The notes beneath the pieces are model-generated. The model had not been told where the DNA came from. It saw only the letters and a program-made list of their open reading frames with translations, and searched no databases. DNA of 50,306 nt from a virus. Lineage: Duplodnaviria > Caudoviricetes. The translations under genes were made by a program, and so were the position numbers. Positions 17,658 to 27,496 of the stretch are shown here, piece by piece. The first letter of the stretch is position 1. Each line of letters starts with the position of its first letter. The DNA lies in the IMG/VR virus record IMGVR_UViG_3300005611_000045, positions 1-50,306 of that record. One strand, written 5' to 3'.

Positions 17658-18707
17658 ATGCTTTGGAAACGCAGCGACAAGCAGCGCGATCCGCTGTGGC
17701 TACACTTCGCAGTCCTTTCCCTGCTCGGCGTCGGCATTGCCTACGTTGATGCAAGGCTATCCTACAATTTCGGCACATCGATCGATTCCACCGTCGCGCT
17801 CGGCCTCGGCGGCATTTCGATCGGAGCCGGCATCATGCCCGTCATGGCCATCTATCAATGGCAGAAAGGGCACAAGGACTTTGCAAAGTTCCTAAGCTGC
17901 GTGGCCGTCGCCCTGTTCGCCTTCAACTGCCTGAGCAACATGGGTGTATCGACCGCCAACCGTGTTGTCGAGGTGGCCGACGCCAACGTCAAAAAGGCCA
18001 ACTACCAAGAACAGGCCAAAGCAACCGAAGAAGCCAAGGCTAGGCTTGCGATCTTTCAAAAGCAGCTCACGACACTGATCGCAGATAACGCATGGGCGGC
18101 CACCGTCACCGCAGACGGTTTGCGTCAGCAGGTTGCCGATCTTCGTGTCTCACGGGAATCGGAAGCTAACCTCGGCGGATGCGGCCAGAAATGCCGTGCC
18201 ATCGAAAACCAGATCGCCGAAATCCAAGGCCGCATCTCTGTCGTAGAGCAGCGCCAGACGCTCGACAGCCGTATCGACGCCACCAAGAAGGTGCTTGCCG
18301 ACGCCCGCAGCACCTTGGCGTCTGCTGATTCCGGCATCTCGCACACGGCCAGCCAAGCCAGCCTTTACAGCCGCTGGACGATTGGATGGTTCGAAGATGG
18401 TGAAGGACAGGGCGCACTCAGAAACGCAAACGAGGCCATGGGTATGCTCATGGCGATCGTCATTGCAATCGCCTCGGTCGGCTTCACTCTGGCGAGCATC
18501 TGGCCGTATCTCATGACCATCACCCCGGATACGCCAATACCGGGCGCGCGCTCACCGCAAGCAGATCCCGTGCCGACGGCCCAGGCATTGCCGGAAACGC
18601 CCGCCCCGCCGCGAAACACCCTGCCGGTGTCGGTCACAACCATCGGGCAGCTCAACATGCAGCGTCTCCGGGAGCGTCTCGCCGGATCAGACTTGAGGCT
18701 CGCATGA
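17658..18707 (+). CDS. Membrane-anchored coiled-coil protein (3 TM, coiled coil with CGQKC, 1 TM)
   Basis: GAGG RBS; hydropathy and heptad pattern. Confidence 0.7.
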   Translation: MLWKRSDKQRDPLWLHFAVLSLLGVGIAYVDARLSYNFGTSIDSTVALGLGGISIGAGIMPVMAIYQWQKGHKDFAKFLSCVAVALFAFNCLSNMGVSTANRVVEVADANVKKANYQEQAKATEEAKARLAIFQKQLTTLIADNAWAATVTADGLRQQVADLRVSRESEANLGGCGQKCRAIENQIAEIQGRISVVEQRQTLDSRIDATKKVLADARSTLASADSGISHTASQASLYSRWTIGWFEDGEGQGALRNANEAMGMLMAIVIAIASVGFTLASIWPYLMTITPDTPIPGARSPQADPVPTAQALPETPAPPRNTLPVSVTTIGQLNMQRLRERLAGSDLRLA

Positions 18708-18904
18708 TCAGCAAGCTCACAGCAATACTCAAGGACTGCCAGCCGTTTATCATGCTGGTAGCCTTGATCTTCGGCGTCATGGGGGCATGGCTCGCTCTGG
18801 CTGACATCCTGCCCGTCATCAAGCAGGTATGGGTGCCGAAAGGAACAGCCCAGTCTCACGCCATTGTCGGGGCTTGTCTCGCAATTATCGCCGGGCGAGG
18901 CTGA
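18704..18904 (+). CDS. Small two-TM membrane protein
   Basis: ATGA overlap; two hydrophobic helices. Confidence 0.6.
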   Translation: MISKLTAILKDCQPFIMLVALIFGVMGAWLALADILPVIKQVWVPKGTAQSHAIVGACLAIIAGRG

Positions 18905-18908
18905 TACG

Positions 18909-19376
18909 ATGTCAGATAATCTCACGCCAAAGCAGGAAAAGTTTCTCAACCATTACCTGCAACACGGAAACGCAACAGAGGCGTATCGTCATGCCTATAA
19001 GACGAACGGGATGAACGAAGCATCCATCGGCAGAGAAGCGCATTCACTTCTCAAAAACCCCAAAATTGCCCCAAGATTACTTTCAATGCAGCGGAAGGCC
19101 TCAGAAGAGGCTGTCCTATCGCGCGCATGGGTGCTCGAAAAACTCATGCAGAACGCTAAGGATGCACACAAGCTCGAAGACTTCACAGCCTCAAACAAAG
19201 CCCTAGAGCTTCTCGGCAAGACCGATGAACTAAGCATGTTCGTAGAGAGAAAACAGGTTGAGAGCGACAATCGACATCATCACTCAGCGGAACCAGTATC
19301 CGCGTTTGATGAGTTCCTTGCAGGAGTTGCCGGAAAGTCATCAGAAGGCACACCTGAGGACACTGTACCGAACTGA
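18909..19376 (+). CDS. terS: Terminase small subunit
   Basis: LTPKQEKF...GNATEAYRHAY...LLKNPKI...KALELLGK. Confidence 0.9.
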   Translation: MSDNLTPKQEKFLNHYLQHGNATEAYRHAYKTNGMNEASIGREAHSLLKNPKIAPRLLSMQRKASEEAVLSRAWVLEKLMQNAKDAHKLEDFTASNKALELLGKTDELSMFVERKQVESDNRHHHSAEPVSAFDEFLAGVAGKSSEGTPEDTVPN

Positions 19377-20832
19377 CCTTTATGCACTACTCAGATATGG
19401 GCTGCGTCGACCCGACGTGGATCATCCATGGATATTCGAGCGGTGTCGGCAGGTTCAGCGGGAAATGGACGGTGTTCTCGATTTATGGGCCCGAGAGCAC
19501 TACAAGTCGACCATCATCACGTTTGCCGGCAGCATATTCCGGATCATTCGCAGCCACGGCGACGATGCGCTGACAGAACGCGAAGTAACGATCGGCATAT
19601 TCAGCCACACGAAGCCGATAGCGAAAGGGTTTCTGCGTCAGATCAAGTATGAACTCGAAACGAACGACCATCTGCAATCCGTGTTCGATGACATATTCTG
19701 GAGTTACCCGCGGAAAGACTCGCCGAAGTGGACAGAAGACGAAGGCATCGTTGTTCGGCGCAAAAGCAATCCGAAAGAGGCAACAGTTGAAGCACATGGC
19801 CTGGTCGATGGCCAGCCAACGTCGAAGCATTTCTTACACCTGATGTACGACGACGTGGTGACGCTGGAATCGGTCACGTCACCGGAGATGATCAAGAAAA
19901 CCACGGCCGCATACGAGATGTCGACCAACCTCGGGTCTGAGGGAGGCACATTCGCAATGGCCGGCACGATCTACAACTTTGGCGATACATACATGCAGCT
20001 TCGCAAGCGAAGCGCTGTGAAAACCCGCGTTCACCCATGCACCAAGAATGGAGAAGAGGATTTCCGCGACGATAATTGTGTGCTGCAGTCGCCCGAATAT
20101 CTGCGCAAGAAGCGCGTTGCTCAGGGGCCGTACACGTTTGGCACGCAAATGCTGCTGAACCCGAAAGGCGATAACGCGCAGGCGTTCAAGGAAGAGTGGC
20201 TGTGCTTCACGAGAAGCGAGCCTACGGCGCTTGGGATGAATGTCTACATCCTTTGCGACCCGGCGAACGAAAAGCGCAAGACAAGCGATTACACGACGTT
20301 CTGGGTTATCGGACTAGGGCCGGATCAGAAATATGTTGCGCTCGATGTGGTTCGCGATCGCCTCAACCTGACAGAGCGCACGGAGACACTCTTCGACCTG
20401 CATCGGGCGTGGAAGCCCAAAGGTGTCGGTTACGAAAAATACGGGATGCAATCGGACATCGAGCATATCCGATCAGAGCAGGAAGACCGAAACTATCGCT
20501 TCGACATCCGGGAACTGGGCGGAAGTACGCCGAAGCTGGATCGCATCAGGAAGCTGATACCGCTCTTTGAGCAGCGCCGCATGTATCTGCGCCAGCGCAA
20601 GATGTACACCGACTATGAAGGCAACACGACCAACCTAATCGAAGCGTTCATTGAGGAAGAATACAAAGCGTTTCCAGTGATGGCGCATGACGACATGCTC
20701 GATTGCCTGGCGCGCATCGTTGATCCGGATCTCGGCGTCGAGTGGCCAAGACTGGATGAGTATCAGGGAAACCGCCAGTCGAGTACCTCGTCAACATCAT
20801 CACGAGCGCAGAAGGTGCGGAGATACAGATAG
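19309..20832 (+). CDS. terL: Terminase large subunit (start 19258-19309 uncertain)
   Basis: REHYKST Walker A variant, LMYDD Walker B, nuclease ILCDPA and HDDMLD. Confidence 0.9.
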   Translation: MSSLQELPESHQKAHLRTLYRTDLYALLRYGLRRPDVDHPWIFERCRQVQREMDGVLDLWAREHYKSTIITFAGSIFRIIRSHGDDALTEREVTIGIFSHTKPIAKGFLRQIKYELETNDHLQSVFDDIFWSYPRKDSPKWTEDEGIVVRRKSNPKEATVEAHGLVDGQPTSKHFLHLMYDDVVTLESVTSPEMIKKTTAAYEMSTNLGSEGGTFAMAGTIYNFGDTYMQLRKRSAVKTRVHPCTKNGEEDFRDDNCVLQSPEYLRKKRVAQGPYTFGTQMLLNPKGDNAQAFKEEWLCFTRSEPTALGMNVYILCDPANEKRKTSDYTTFWVIGLGPDQKYVALDVVRDRLNLTERTETLFDLHRAWKPKGVGYEKYGMQSDIEHIRSEQEDRNYRFDIRELGGSTPKLDRIRKLIPLFEQRRMYLRQRKMYTDYEGNTTNLIEAFIEEEYKAFPVMAHDDMLDCLARIVDPDLGVEWPRLDEYQGNRQSSTSSTSSRAQKVRRYR

Positions 20833-21033
20833 ATGACAAACGTGTTTTCAGGCCCCAAGCCTCAGGCGGCAGCGCCAAAACAGCCGACGCAGATCAAGAT
20901 CCCCGACGCGAACGATCCGGAAGTTGCAGCACAAGCCCGCATCAAACGGCAGGAAGACGAAAAAAACCGCAAGGGACGGGAGTCGACCAACCTTTCAGCG
21001 CAGCCGCTCTACTCACGGAGCAAGCTCGGCTAG
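20833..21033 (+). CDS. Small pre-portal virion-associated protein
   Basis: Pro-rich then RKGRESTNLS...LG; typical position before podoviral portals. Confidence 0.65.
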   Translation: MTNVFSGPKPQAAAPKQPTQIKIPDANDPEVAAQARIKRQEDEKNRKGRESTNLSAQPLYSRSKLG

Positions 21034-22752
21034 ATGGATAGCAATGCACTCGAGCTGATCAAGCGCGGCGACGAGCGCTTTTCAAAGCGCGCACAGCTCG
21101 ACAGCTTCCGGCATGAGGTCGCGCTGAACTTCGCACCGTGGCTGGCGGAATGGACATCGCCGTTGCAATGGGGCGAGGACTTCGCGTCACATCTGGTCGA
21201 TGGTACACCGCTGCTACTGGCCCGCGATTACGTCAACCAGATCGGGGCGATGCTCAGGCCACCCGGCAAGCAGTGGTTCTGGCGCCGGACAGCATCGGAA
21301 GACCTGAACAACGACCCGGCGGCGCGGAATTATCTCGACTGGCGATCACGCCAGACCATGCGCATGATATTCGACCGCAAGACCGGCGCGCAGCGCTCGC
21401 TGAAGCATGCCGACGTGTTCTATGGTCTGTTTGGCGATGCTGTTGTATCGATCGACACGGACGATGTGCTCGAGACGCTGCGCATAAACTCATTCCACAC
21501 CAAAGATTGTGTGTGGGCGATGGGGCCCGAGAACAAGCCCGACGTTCTGACCCGAAAGGAATGGGTTAGCGCGCGGAATCTTATGAAAAAGTTTCGCCAA
21601 TCAGGCGACAAGCTGCATGAAAAGGTCCGCGAAGCATACGACAAGCAGCCCGATCGCACGTTTGAAATCAGGCACGAGGTGCTGCCGGCCGATGAATACG
21701 AGCCCTATAAGCGATTCAAGGCACTGAGGCCGGCGCAGCGGGCCAGCTTTGCATCAGTCTGGATCGACGTTGAGAACAAGTGCGTGATCCGCGAGCGCAC
21801 GACACCGACGTTCCGCTATGTCATTCCCGCGTCGCTCAGAATGCCAAACGGCCCTTATGGGCTATCGATGGCAACGGTGATCGCGCTGCCTGATGCGCGG
21901 CTGATCCAGCAGCAGGCGCTCGCGATACTCGAGGCCGCCGAGAAAAACATCGACCCGCCCTTGATTGCCATGGACGGCGACACAATCCGAGGTGATATCG
22001 ATCTATCACGCAACGGGATCACATGGATCGACCGGGCATATGATGATCGAAACGGTGCGCCGCTTGTGCCGCTCGAACTTGGCAAGAATTTCCAGCTTGG
22101 CATTGACAGCCTGGTTCGCACGGAGATGCAGATCACGCGAGCGTTTCATCTCGATGTGCTCCGCATGCCCGACACGCGGGGCACCAAGTCTGTCGAGGAA
22201 ATACAGTTTCGCATCGATGAGTATGTGCGCTCGGCTTTGCCGCTGTTTGCGCCGATGCAGGCGGAATACAACGAGGCCATGCTGTTTGAGGTGGATGCCG
22301 TCGCCGAAGCGCTTGGGGTATTCCCGCGCGATGAGATGCCGGACATGCTCAAACGTGAAGGCGATGATGTCAATTACGCATGGGATAACCCGCTTACCGA
22401 TATGATGGAGCGCCAAAAGAGCCAGGAAGTCGCGGAAATCGCGCAACATGCGCAGGCGGTTCTGGCTCTTGAGCAGGCCGCCATGGAATCGAAAGCGCTG
22501 CGCCGGTTCAACACGGAGCGCATGGCGATCGAGCCAGCAGTCGGCCTTGGTGGCGCGCGGTATCTGCTCAGTGATGAAGAGATGGAAGACAAGTCCGAGG
22601 AAATGGATCAGGCTAAACAGCAGCGCCAGATGATCGAGGCGGCGCCGAACATGGCGCAGATCATCGATAGCGGCGTCAACGCTGCGCAAGTAGCAAGCGA
22701 GATACCGAACCCGGCGACGCCTGGTGTGCCGCTGCTGCCGATGCCGCAATGA
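21034..22752 (+). CDS. Portal (head-tail connector), T7/BPP-1-like
   Basis: 572 aa; YG.S...ALPD.R..Q; EKNIDPPL; position after terL. Confidence 0.9.
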   Translation: MDSNALELIKRGDERFSKRAQLDSFRHEVALNFAPWLAEWTSPLQWGEDFASHLVDGTPLLLARDYVNQIGAMLRPPGKQWFWRRTASEDLNNDPAARNYLDWRSRQTMRMIFDRKTGAQRSLKHADVFYGLFGDAVVSIDTDDVLETLRINSFHTKDCVWAMGPENKPDVLTRKEWVSARNLMKKFRQSGDKLHEKVREAYDKQPDRTFEIRHEVLPADEYEPYKRFKALRPAQRASFASVWIDVENKCVIRERTTPTFRYVIPASLRMPNGPYGLSMATVIALPDARLIQQQALAILEAAEKNIDPPLIAMDGDTIRGDIDLSRNGITWIDRAYDDRNGAPLVPLELGKNFQLGIDSLVRTEMQITRAFHLDVLRMPDTRGTKSVEEIQFRIDEYVRSALPLFAPMQAEYNEAMLFEVDAVAEALGVFPRDEMPDMLKREGDDVNYAWDNPLTDMMERQKSQEVAEIAQHAQAVLALEQAAMESKALRRFNTERMAIEPAVGLGGARYLLSDEEMEDKSEEMDQAKQQRQMIEAAPNMAQIIDSGVNAAQVASEIPNPATPGVPLLPMPQ

Positions 22753-23090
22753 TGGATGATCACAAGTGGACTGGCGAAGACGCTGGCATGTTTCGCGCGC
22801 TGCTCGATGGTAAGGCAGACGCGCACATGCAGCACAGAGCCGTCAAGTATCTGGTCGAGGTGTTGTGCGGGATAAATCGCGTTCCGCTGGTGCCCGGAAA
22901 CCCGGATATGACGGCATTCAACTCGGGTACGCAATGGATCGGGCGGCAGATACAGATCGCCGTCACGACGCCGCCCGAAAAGTTCAAGGAAAGTGACAAT
23001 GAGCGAAGCACAGATCGCAGAGACCACATCCCAACAGCCACCGAGCGCGCCACCACCGGAAGCGGTCGATCCGCCCGCAATCGGCGGTAA
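22749..23090 (+). CDS. Bbp19-like small protein
   Basis: DMTAFNSGTQWIGRQI motif between portal and scaffold. Confidence 0.6.
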   Translation: MMDDHKWTGEDAGMFRALLDGKADAHMQHRAVKYLVEVLCGINRVPLVPGNPDMTAFNSGTQWIGRQIQIAVTTPPEKFKESDNERSTDRRDHIPTATERATTGSGRSARNRR

Positions 23091-23985
23091 GTCAAACGGC
23101 AACGTTTCCCCGCCGAGCGAACAACAAGCAGAGCAGAAGGCGGATACCACACAGCAGTCAGAGCCGGTTGACTGGGCTACGGACTGGCGCGCACACCTCG
23201 CGGCCGACAATCCCGATGCGCTCAAGGTGCTGTCGCGCAGCAAGACGCCGCAAGACATGGTGCAGCGGCTCGTTGAGCAGAGCAAGGAACTATCAAAGCG
23301 CGCTGTGTCCGGGGAGTTTCCGGCGGACGCAGACGAAGAAACGCAACAGCAATGGCGCGATCATCATGGTGTGCCGGCGGAAGGCACGCTCAAAGCTTAC
23401 GAGATCAAGACGCCAGAGGGTTACGATCTGAGCGAAGTTGAGGCCGGAATGCTCGACGAGTTCGTCAAGGAGATGCACGGCGAGAATGCGCCCAAAGCGC
23501 TGATGCAGAAGACCGTTGATAAATGGTTCCAGAAGAACGCCGCCAACGCGCAGGCAATCCGGGCGCTTGATGAAGAGCGATCCAATGAATGGATGCAGCA
23601 GACACAGAAGGAACTCGGCAAGGATTATGAGCCGATGCTATCCGCTGCAAACGCATACTTCGAGCAGCGCATTCCCGATAAGACGGCGCGGGCAGAGTTC
23701 CTGAGCGCGCGACTGCCCGGCGGCGGACTGCTCGCCAATCATCCTGAATTTGTGAAGATGGCGGCCGACCTCGCCCTGCAAAACGGCTACGGCGATCGGA
23801 TCGAGGCGAACAGCATGGAATCTGGCGGCAAGTCACTGGCTGAACAGCACCACGAGATCAGCAAGCTGCTCGACACCGACCCGGCCCGCTACAACCTGCC
23901 CGCAACGCAGGCGCAATTGGACAAGATCATCGGCCTGCGCTTTGCGCGCGGTGAAATCGACGAATTCGGACGCGAGAAGAAATAA
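22999..23985 (+). CDS. Capsid scaffolding protein
   Basis: Acidic Pro-rich N-terminus, DWR, GVP....YE, LANHPEFVK; precedes capsid gene. Confidence 0.8.
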   Translation: MSEAQIAETTSQQPPSAPPPEAVDPPAIGGKSNGNVSPPSEQQAEQKADTTQQSEPVDWATDWRAHLAADNPDALKVLSRSKTPQDMVQRLVEQSKELSKRAVSGEFPADADEETQQQWRDHHGVPAEGTLKAYEIKTPEGYDLSEVEAGMLDEFVKEMHGENAPKALMQKTVDKWFQKNAANAQAIRALDEERSNEWMQQTQKELGKDYEPMLSAANAYFEQRIPDKTARAEFLSARLPGGGLLANHPEFVKMAADLALQNGYGDRIEANSMESGGKSLAEQHHEISKLLDTDPARYNLPATQAQLDKIIGLRFARGEIDEFGREKK

Positions 23986-24181
23986 TCGCGATCGTGCAGT
24001 AACGCCACGCGGCACCCTCGAAAGAGCCCCGCATTCTCTGGCGCTTTGCGTACCCTTTCACGCTTCATCGTCGCCCTGCATGACGCCTGCTGGCCCCGGC
24101 AACGGTTCCCCGGCACGCGCCTTGTCGCAGCACCCGAACGGTTGAGCATCATCACATCATCCATACCCAGGAGGTTTGATC

Positions 24182-25027
24182 ATGGCTCATCCCGAGTCAA
24201 TCAAATATCGATCTGAATTTATCAGGTCGTTCAACCAGTCTGTGTCTCTTCTTTCCGATCGTTGCACCGATGAAAGCATTTCGTCCGGCCGCTCTGCCGT
24301 GTTCGATGTTGCGGACCTCGGCGGCGACCTGGCAACCCGTACTGTGGATGGGCGCCTGCCGCGCCTGACTTCGAACGACAGCCAGGTGACGGCCACGCTC
24401 CAGGAGTACGGCGGCACGATGGAAATCACATCGTTCGAAAAGTTCACGTCTCAGTCCGACGAGCGGTCGAAGATGAACGCCAAGATTATGGCGCGCGTCA
24501 ACCGTCGTCTCGACCGGATTCTGCTTTCTGAACTCGACAATGCCTCGACGCAGTACAAGTCCGGTACAGCCCAGACGCTGACAAGCGCCGTTGCCACGGA
24601 CATCATTGCAGAGCTGGCGGAAAACGAGGTTGAGATCAGTCCAAACGATGTTACCTTCATCATCAGTCCGAAGGCACATCATCAGCTGCTCAAGAATGCC
24701 TCTTATTCTTCGAGCGACTACGTGTCGGCCAAGCCGTTCGACGGCAACGCCGGGCAGTACGCCAACGAGCGCAAGATCAAGACATGGCTCGACGTTGGCT
24801 GGATGGTCTCGCCGCTGCTGACCGGTATCGGCACGGCAACGTCGAAAATGTTCGTTTTCCACCGCCGCGCCGTCGGCTGTGCGAAGCCAAGCGAGCAGAT
24901 CATGTATACCGCCGGCTTCGACGATCAGCACCACTATCATTTCTGCTCGGGCACCGTGAAAGCGGCGACCAAGATCCTGCAGCAGGGTGGCATCCTCGAA
25001 GTCATCCACGATGACACCGCAGCCTAA
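24182..25027 (+). CDS. Major capsid protein
   Basis: AGGAGG RBS; NRRLDRILL, YSSSDYV, FVFHRRAVG; position. Confidence 0.85.
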   Translation: MAHPESIKYRSEFIRSFNQSVSLLSDRCTDESISSGRSAVFDVADLGGDLATRTVDGRLPRLTSNDSQVTATLQEYGGTMEITSFEKFTSQSDERSKMNAKIMARVNRRLDRILLSELDNASTQYKSGTAQTLTSAVATDIIAELAENEVEISPNDVTFIISPKAHHQLLKNASYSSSDYVSAKPFDGNAGQYANERKIKTWLDVGWMVSPLLTGIGTATSKMFVFHRRAVGCAKPSEQIMYTAGFDDQHHYHFCSGTVKAATKILQQGGILEVIHDDTAA

Positions 25028-25040
25028 GGGAGAATAACTC

Positions 25041-25709
25041 ATGGCTTACTCTACCACTGGCCTGCGTATGGTGCGGGCCGGCACGATCAACGAATGGGTG
25101 CTCTACACCACCGATCCGATCGCAACCGCGCTCGGCGCCGGGTATATCTCGGATGCTGCGGCGACCGGGCAGTCGGCCGGCAAGGGTATGGCGCCTGGCG
25201 ACAAGGTAACGGTACTTCAGGTTGACGCCATCCCGGCAAGCCAGAACGCCGTATCTGCGTGCTATGACCGCAGCGAATGCTTTGTTGCCTCGATATTGTC
25301 CGGGGCGGCGACGCTCGCCGTGGAAGGCGTCGGCGCGATCACTTACGACATCGCGCTTGCGGCGTCATCGACGACGGACGGTATGGACATCACGATCACG
25401 GTGAAAGATACCGGCGGCAACACGATCGCCGGCACGCATCAGTTCGAGATGTATATGTCTGAAGCGGCGACGGGCATCGGCATCACGGGCGATGCCTACT
25501 CGGGTGACCTCACGGCAACCGTTGGTGCTATCCTCTCGGCAGTCACGGCCAAAAAGCATTGGTCTGTGGTGACCGCGGCGACCGGCATCTTCACTGCAAC
25601 GCTGGTCGATTCGGGCAACCCGACAGACCAGTATGTGGTGGTTCCTAACAACGCAACCGGTTCACTGACGGTTTCTGCCGCATCCGGCACGAGCTGGGAA
25701 GGCGCATAA
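25041..25709 (+). CDS. Capsid decoration/minor head protein
   Basis: Ala/Thr/Gly-rich beta protein after the capsid gene. Confidence 0.55.
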   Translation: MAYSTTGLRMVRAGTINEWVLYTTDPIATALGAGYISDAAATGQSAGKGMAPGDKVTVLQVDAIPASQNAVSACYDRSECFVASILSGAATLAVEGVGAITYDIALAASSTTDGMDITITVKDTGGNTIAGTHQFEMYMSEAATGIGITGDAYSGDLTATVGAILSAVTAKKHWSVVTAATGIFTATLVDSGNPTDQYVVVPNNATGSLTVSAASGTSWEGA

Positions 25710-25716
25710 CAATAGC

Positions 25717-25740
25717 GGGGCGGGCGATAGTGCCCGCCTC
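25717..25740 (+). terminator. GC hairpin after head genes
   Basis: GGGGCGGGC / GCCCGCCTC; weak U-tract. Confidence 0.45.
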
Positions 25741-25757
25741 ATCCATTTGGAGGATAT

Positions 25758-26198
25758 ATGAGCAATCAAAAGGAATGCCCGACGAGCGAACTGCGCTCAG
25801 CGCACGAGGTGCGTGTCGAATTCTTTCACCGGCCAGCCAACGGCGTCACTCTCGCGGATGTCTGCGAGCCCGGATACTGGAAGCACGTCTGGCGCCAACT
25901 CAACACATCGCAGAATGCGCTGATCGACGTGGTGGCCAAAGACCAGTCATGGGAAGCGCTGCTCCGCGTTTATGCCGTGGGTGATGGCTTTGCCAAGGTG
26001 CGTGTGCTCCGTGAGTGGAGCGAAGAGCGCAAGCCCGGCCGGCAACCATCGCTGCCTGAGGGCTGGCAGGCAGAGTTCGCGGAAGGCTCCGGCTGGCGCG
26101 TGCGCAACGGCCACGGCGAGGTCATCGTCTCTGGCCAGTCGACAAAGCCTGATGCGATCACGGCCGCCAAGAAGCTGGCTGAGAAGGTATCAGCCTGA
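25758..26198 (+). CDS. Hypothetical protein
   Basis: GGAGG RBS. Confidence 0.7.
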   Translation: MSNQKECPTSELRSAHEVRVEFFHRPANGVTLADVCEPGYWKHVWRQLNTSQNALIDVVAKDQSWEALLRVYAVGDGFAKVRVLREWSEERKPGRQPSLPEGWQAEFAEGSGWRVRNGHGEVIVSGQSTKPDAITAAKKLAEKVSA

Positions 26199-27496
26199 TG
26201 GCAGCCACTACCAAGCTGATCCTATACAACGACGTTCTGCGCGAACTGAGGATCAACTATCCGCTCGCCAATCTGGACGATGCAAACCCGCAATTGAACG
26301 CACTGGAGGGCGCGTTCAATCATGCGGTCGAATACGTTTTGAGCCGGGCCGACTGGAATTTCGCCCGACGCCGCGCCACACTGACCGGCATCAGCAATTC
26401 CGCCTATCCGCCGTACACCTACACCTATGCGGTGCCGGATGATTATCTCAGGGTGTGCTGGATCAAGACCAACGCCGACGATAGCGCAGAAATCGATTAT
26501 GCCGAGGTCGGTGCATCGCTCTATGGATTTCTTGGCTCGGCCCTGATCGAGTATATGTCGGATCATGCCGACAACTACGATCCCGCAAACTGGCCGCCGC
26601 ACTTCACCCGCGCCGTTGGGCAGTATCTCGCTTATCTGACCGCACCATCACTGGCCCGCGCCGGCGATGATGCGCAGTCAAAATTCTGGTCGCAGTACCA
26701 GCAGGCAGAGATGGAGGGGCAGGAATTTGAAGCCCGCACCCTCACAAACCAGAATATTCCAGTCAATCGTCACCCGGTCATGCGCCGGGCGATCGAGTTT
26801 CTTGGCCAGGCCTATGCCGGTTCCGTTCCGATCCACTCGCAAACAGCGAAGCTGCGCTATTACATGCAAGAGTCATGGGACCATGCGGTGCGCTACGTAC
26901 TCGAGCAGGGCGCATGGAATTTCGCGTCACGGCGCGCGATCATGACCGGTGGGTCAGAGCCGATCCCCGGGGGTACGGTATCGGACTACATCGAGGGGTA
27001 TTCAGTGGCTCCGGCGACTGAGCCTGATGAATCGTCTTCCCTCCCGGCCATGAGCGAATATGACTACGGCTTCATTCTGCCGAGTGACTTCCTGCACAAG
27101 ATATGGATCAAGGCTGACGCCAACAACGAATTTGAATGCGAGCACCAATTCCTACGCGATGCGGTCTATGCGAACTACGAAAACATCGTGATGGAATACG
27201 TCTCGAACGACAGTAACGCGGTCGACCCGGAACAATGGCCTGCGACATTCATGGAGGCCGTTGCGGCCTATCTCGCCGTTTGCGTGGCGCCTGAACTGAT
27301 GATTGAGGACGGCGGCAAGCGTCAGAAGATCACCGCTACAGGCGCTAAGGAAGGCCTGGAGCGCGTATTTCAGGGCAAGCTCGGGGATGCGAAGCGCAAA
27401 GATGCAATCCAGCAGATGCGCAAACAGATCCCGCTTGGATCGTTCGCCAGGGCCCGACTTGGCGGCACGTCTTACAGGCAGCGGCGCTACAACTAG
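26198..27496 (+). CDS. Tail tubular protein A/adaptor (T7 gp11-like), two tandem domains
   Basis: Two copies of VL...WNFA.RRA, Y..P.D.L, EY.S, DP..WP..F..AV..YLA. Confidence 0.8.
   Translation: MAATTKLILYNDVLRELRINYPLANLDDANPQLNALEGAFNHAVEYVLSRADWNFARRRATLTGISNSAYPPYTYTYAVPDDYLRVCWIKTNADDSAEIDYAEVGASLYGFLGSALIEYMSDHADNYDPANWPPHFTRAVGQYLAYLTAPSLARAGDDAQSKFWSQYQQAEMEGQEFEARTLTNQNIPVNRHPVMRRAIEFLGQAYAGSVPIHSQTAKLRYYMQESWDHAVRYVLEQGAWNFASRRAIMTGGSEPIPGGTVSDYIEGYSVAPATEPDESSSLPAMSEYDYGFILPSDFLHKIWIKADANNEFECEHQFLRDAVYANYENIVMEYVSNDSNAVDPEQWPATFMEAVAAYLAVCVAPELMIEDGGKRQKITATGAKEGLERVFQGKLGDAKRKDAIQQMRKQIPLGSFARARLGGTSYRQRRYN

Noticed and set aside
19486-19512. Inactive terminase because Walker A reads REHYKST
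   Set aside because: The Lys-Ser/Thr, Walker B and nuclease acidic residues are intact; treated as a natural variant.
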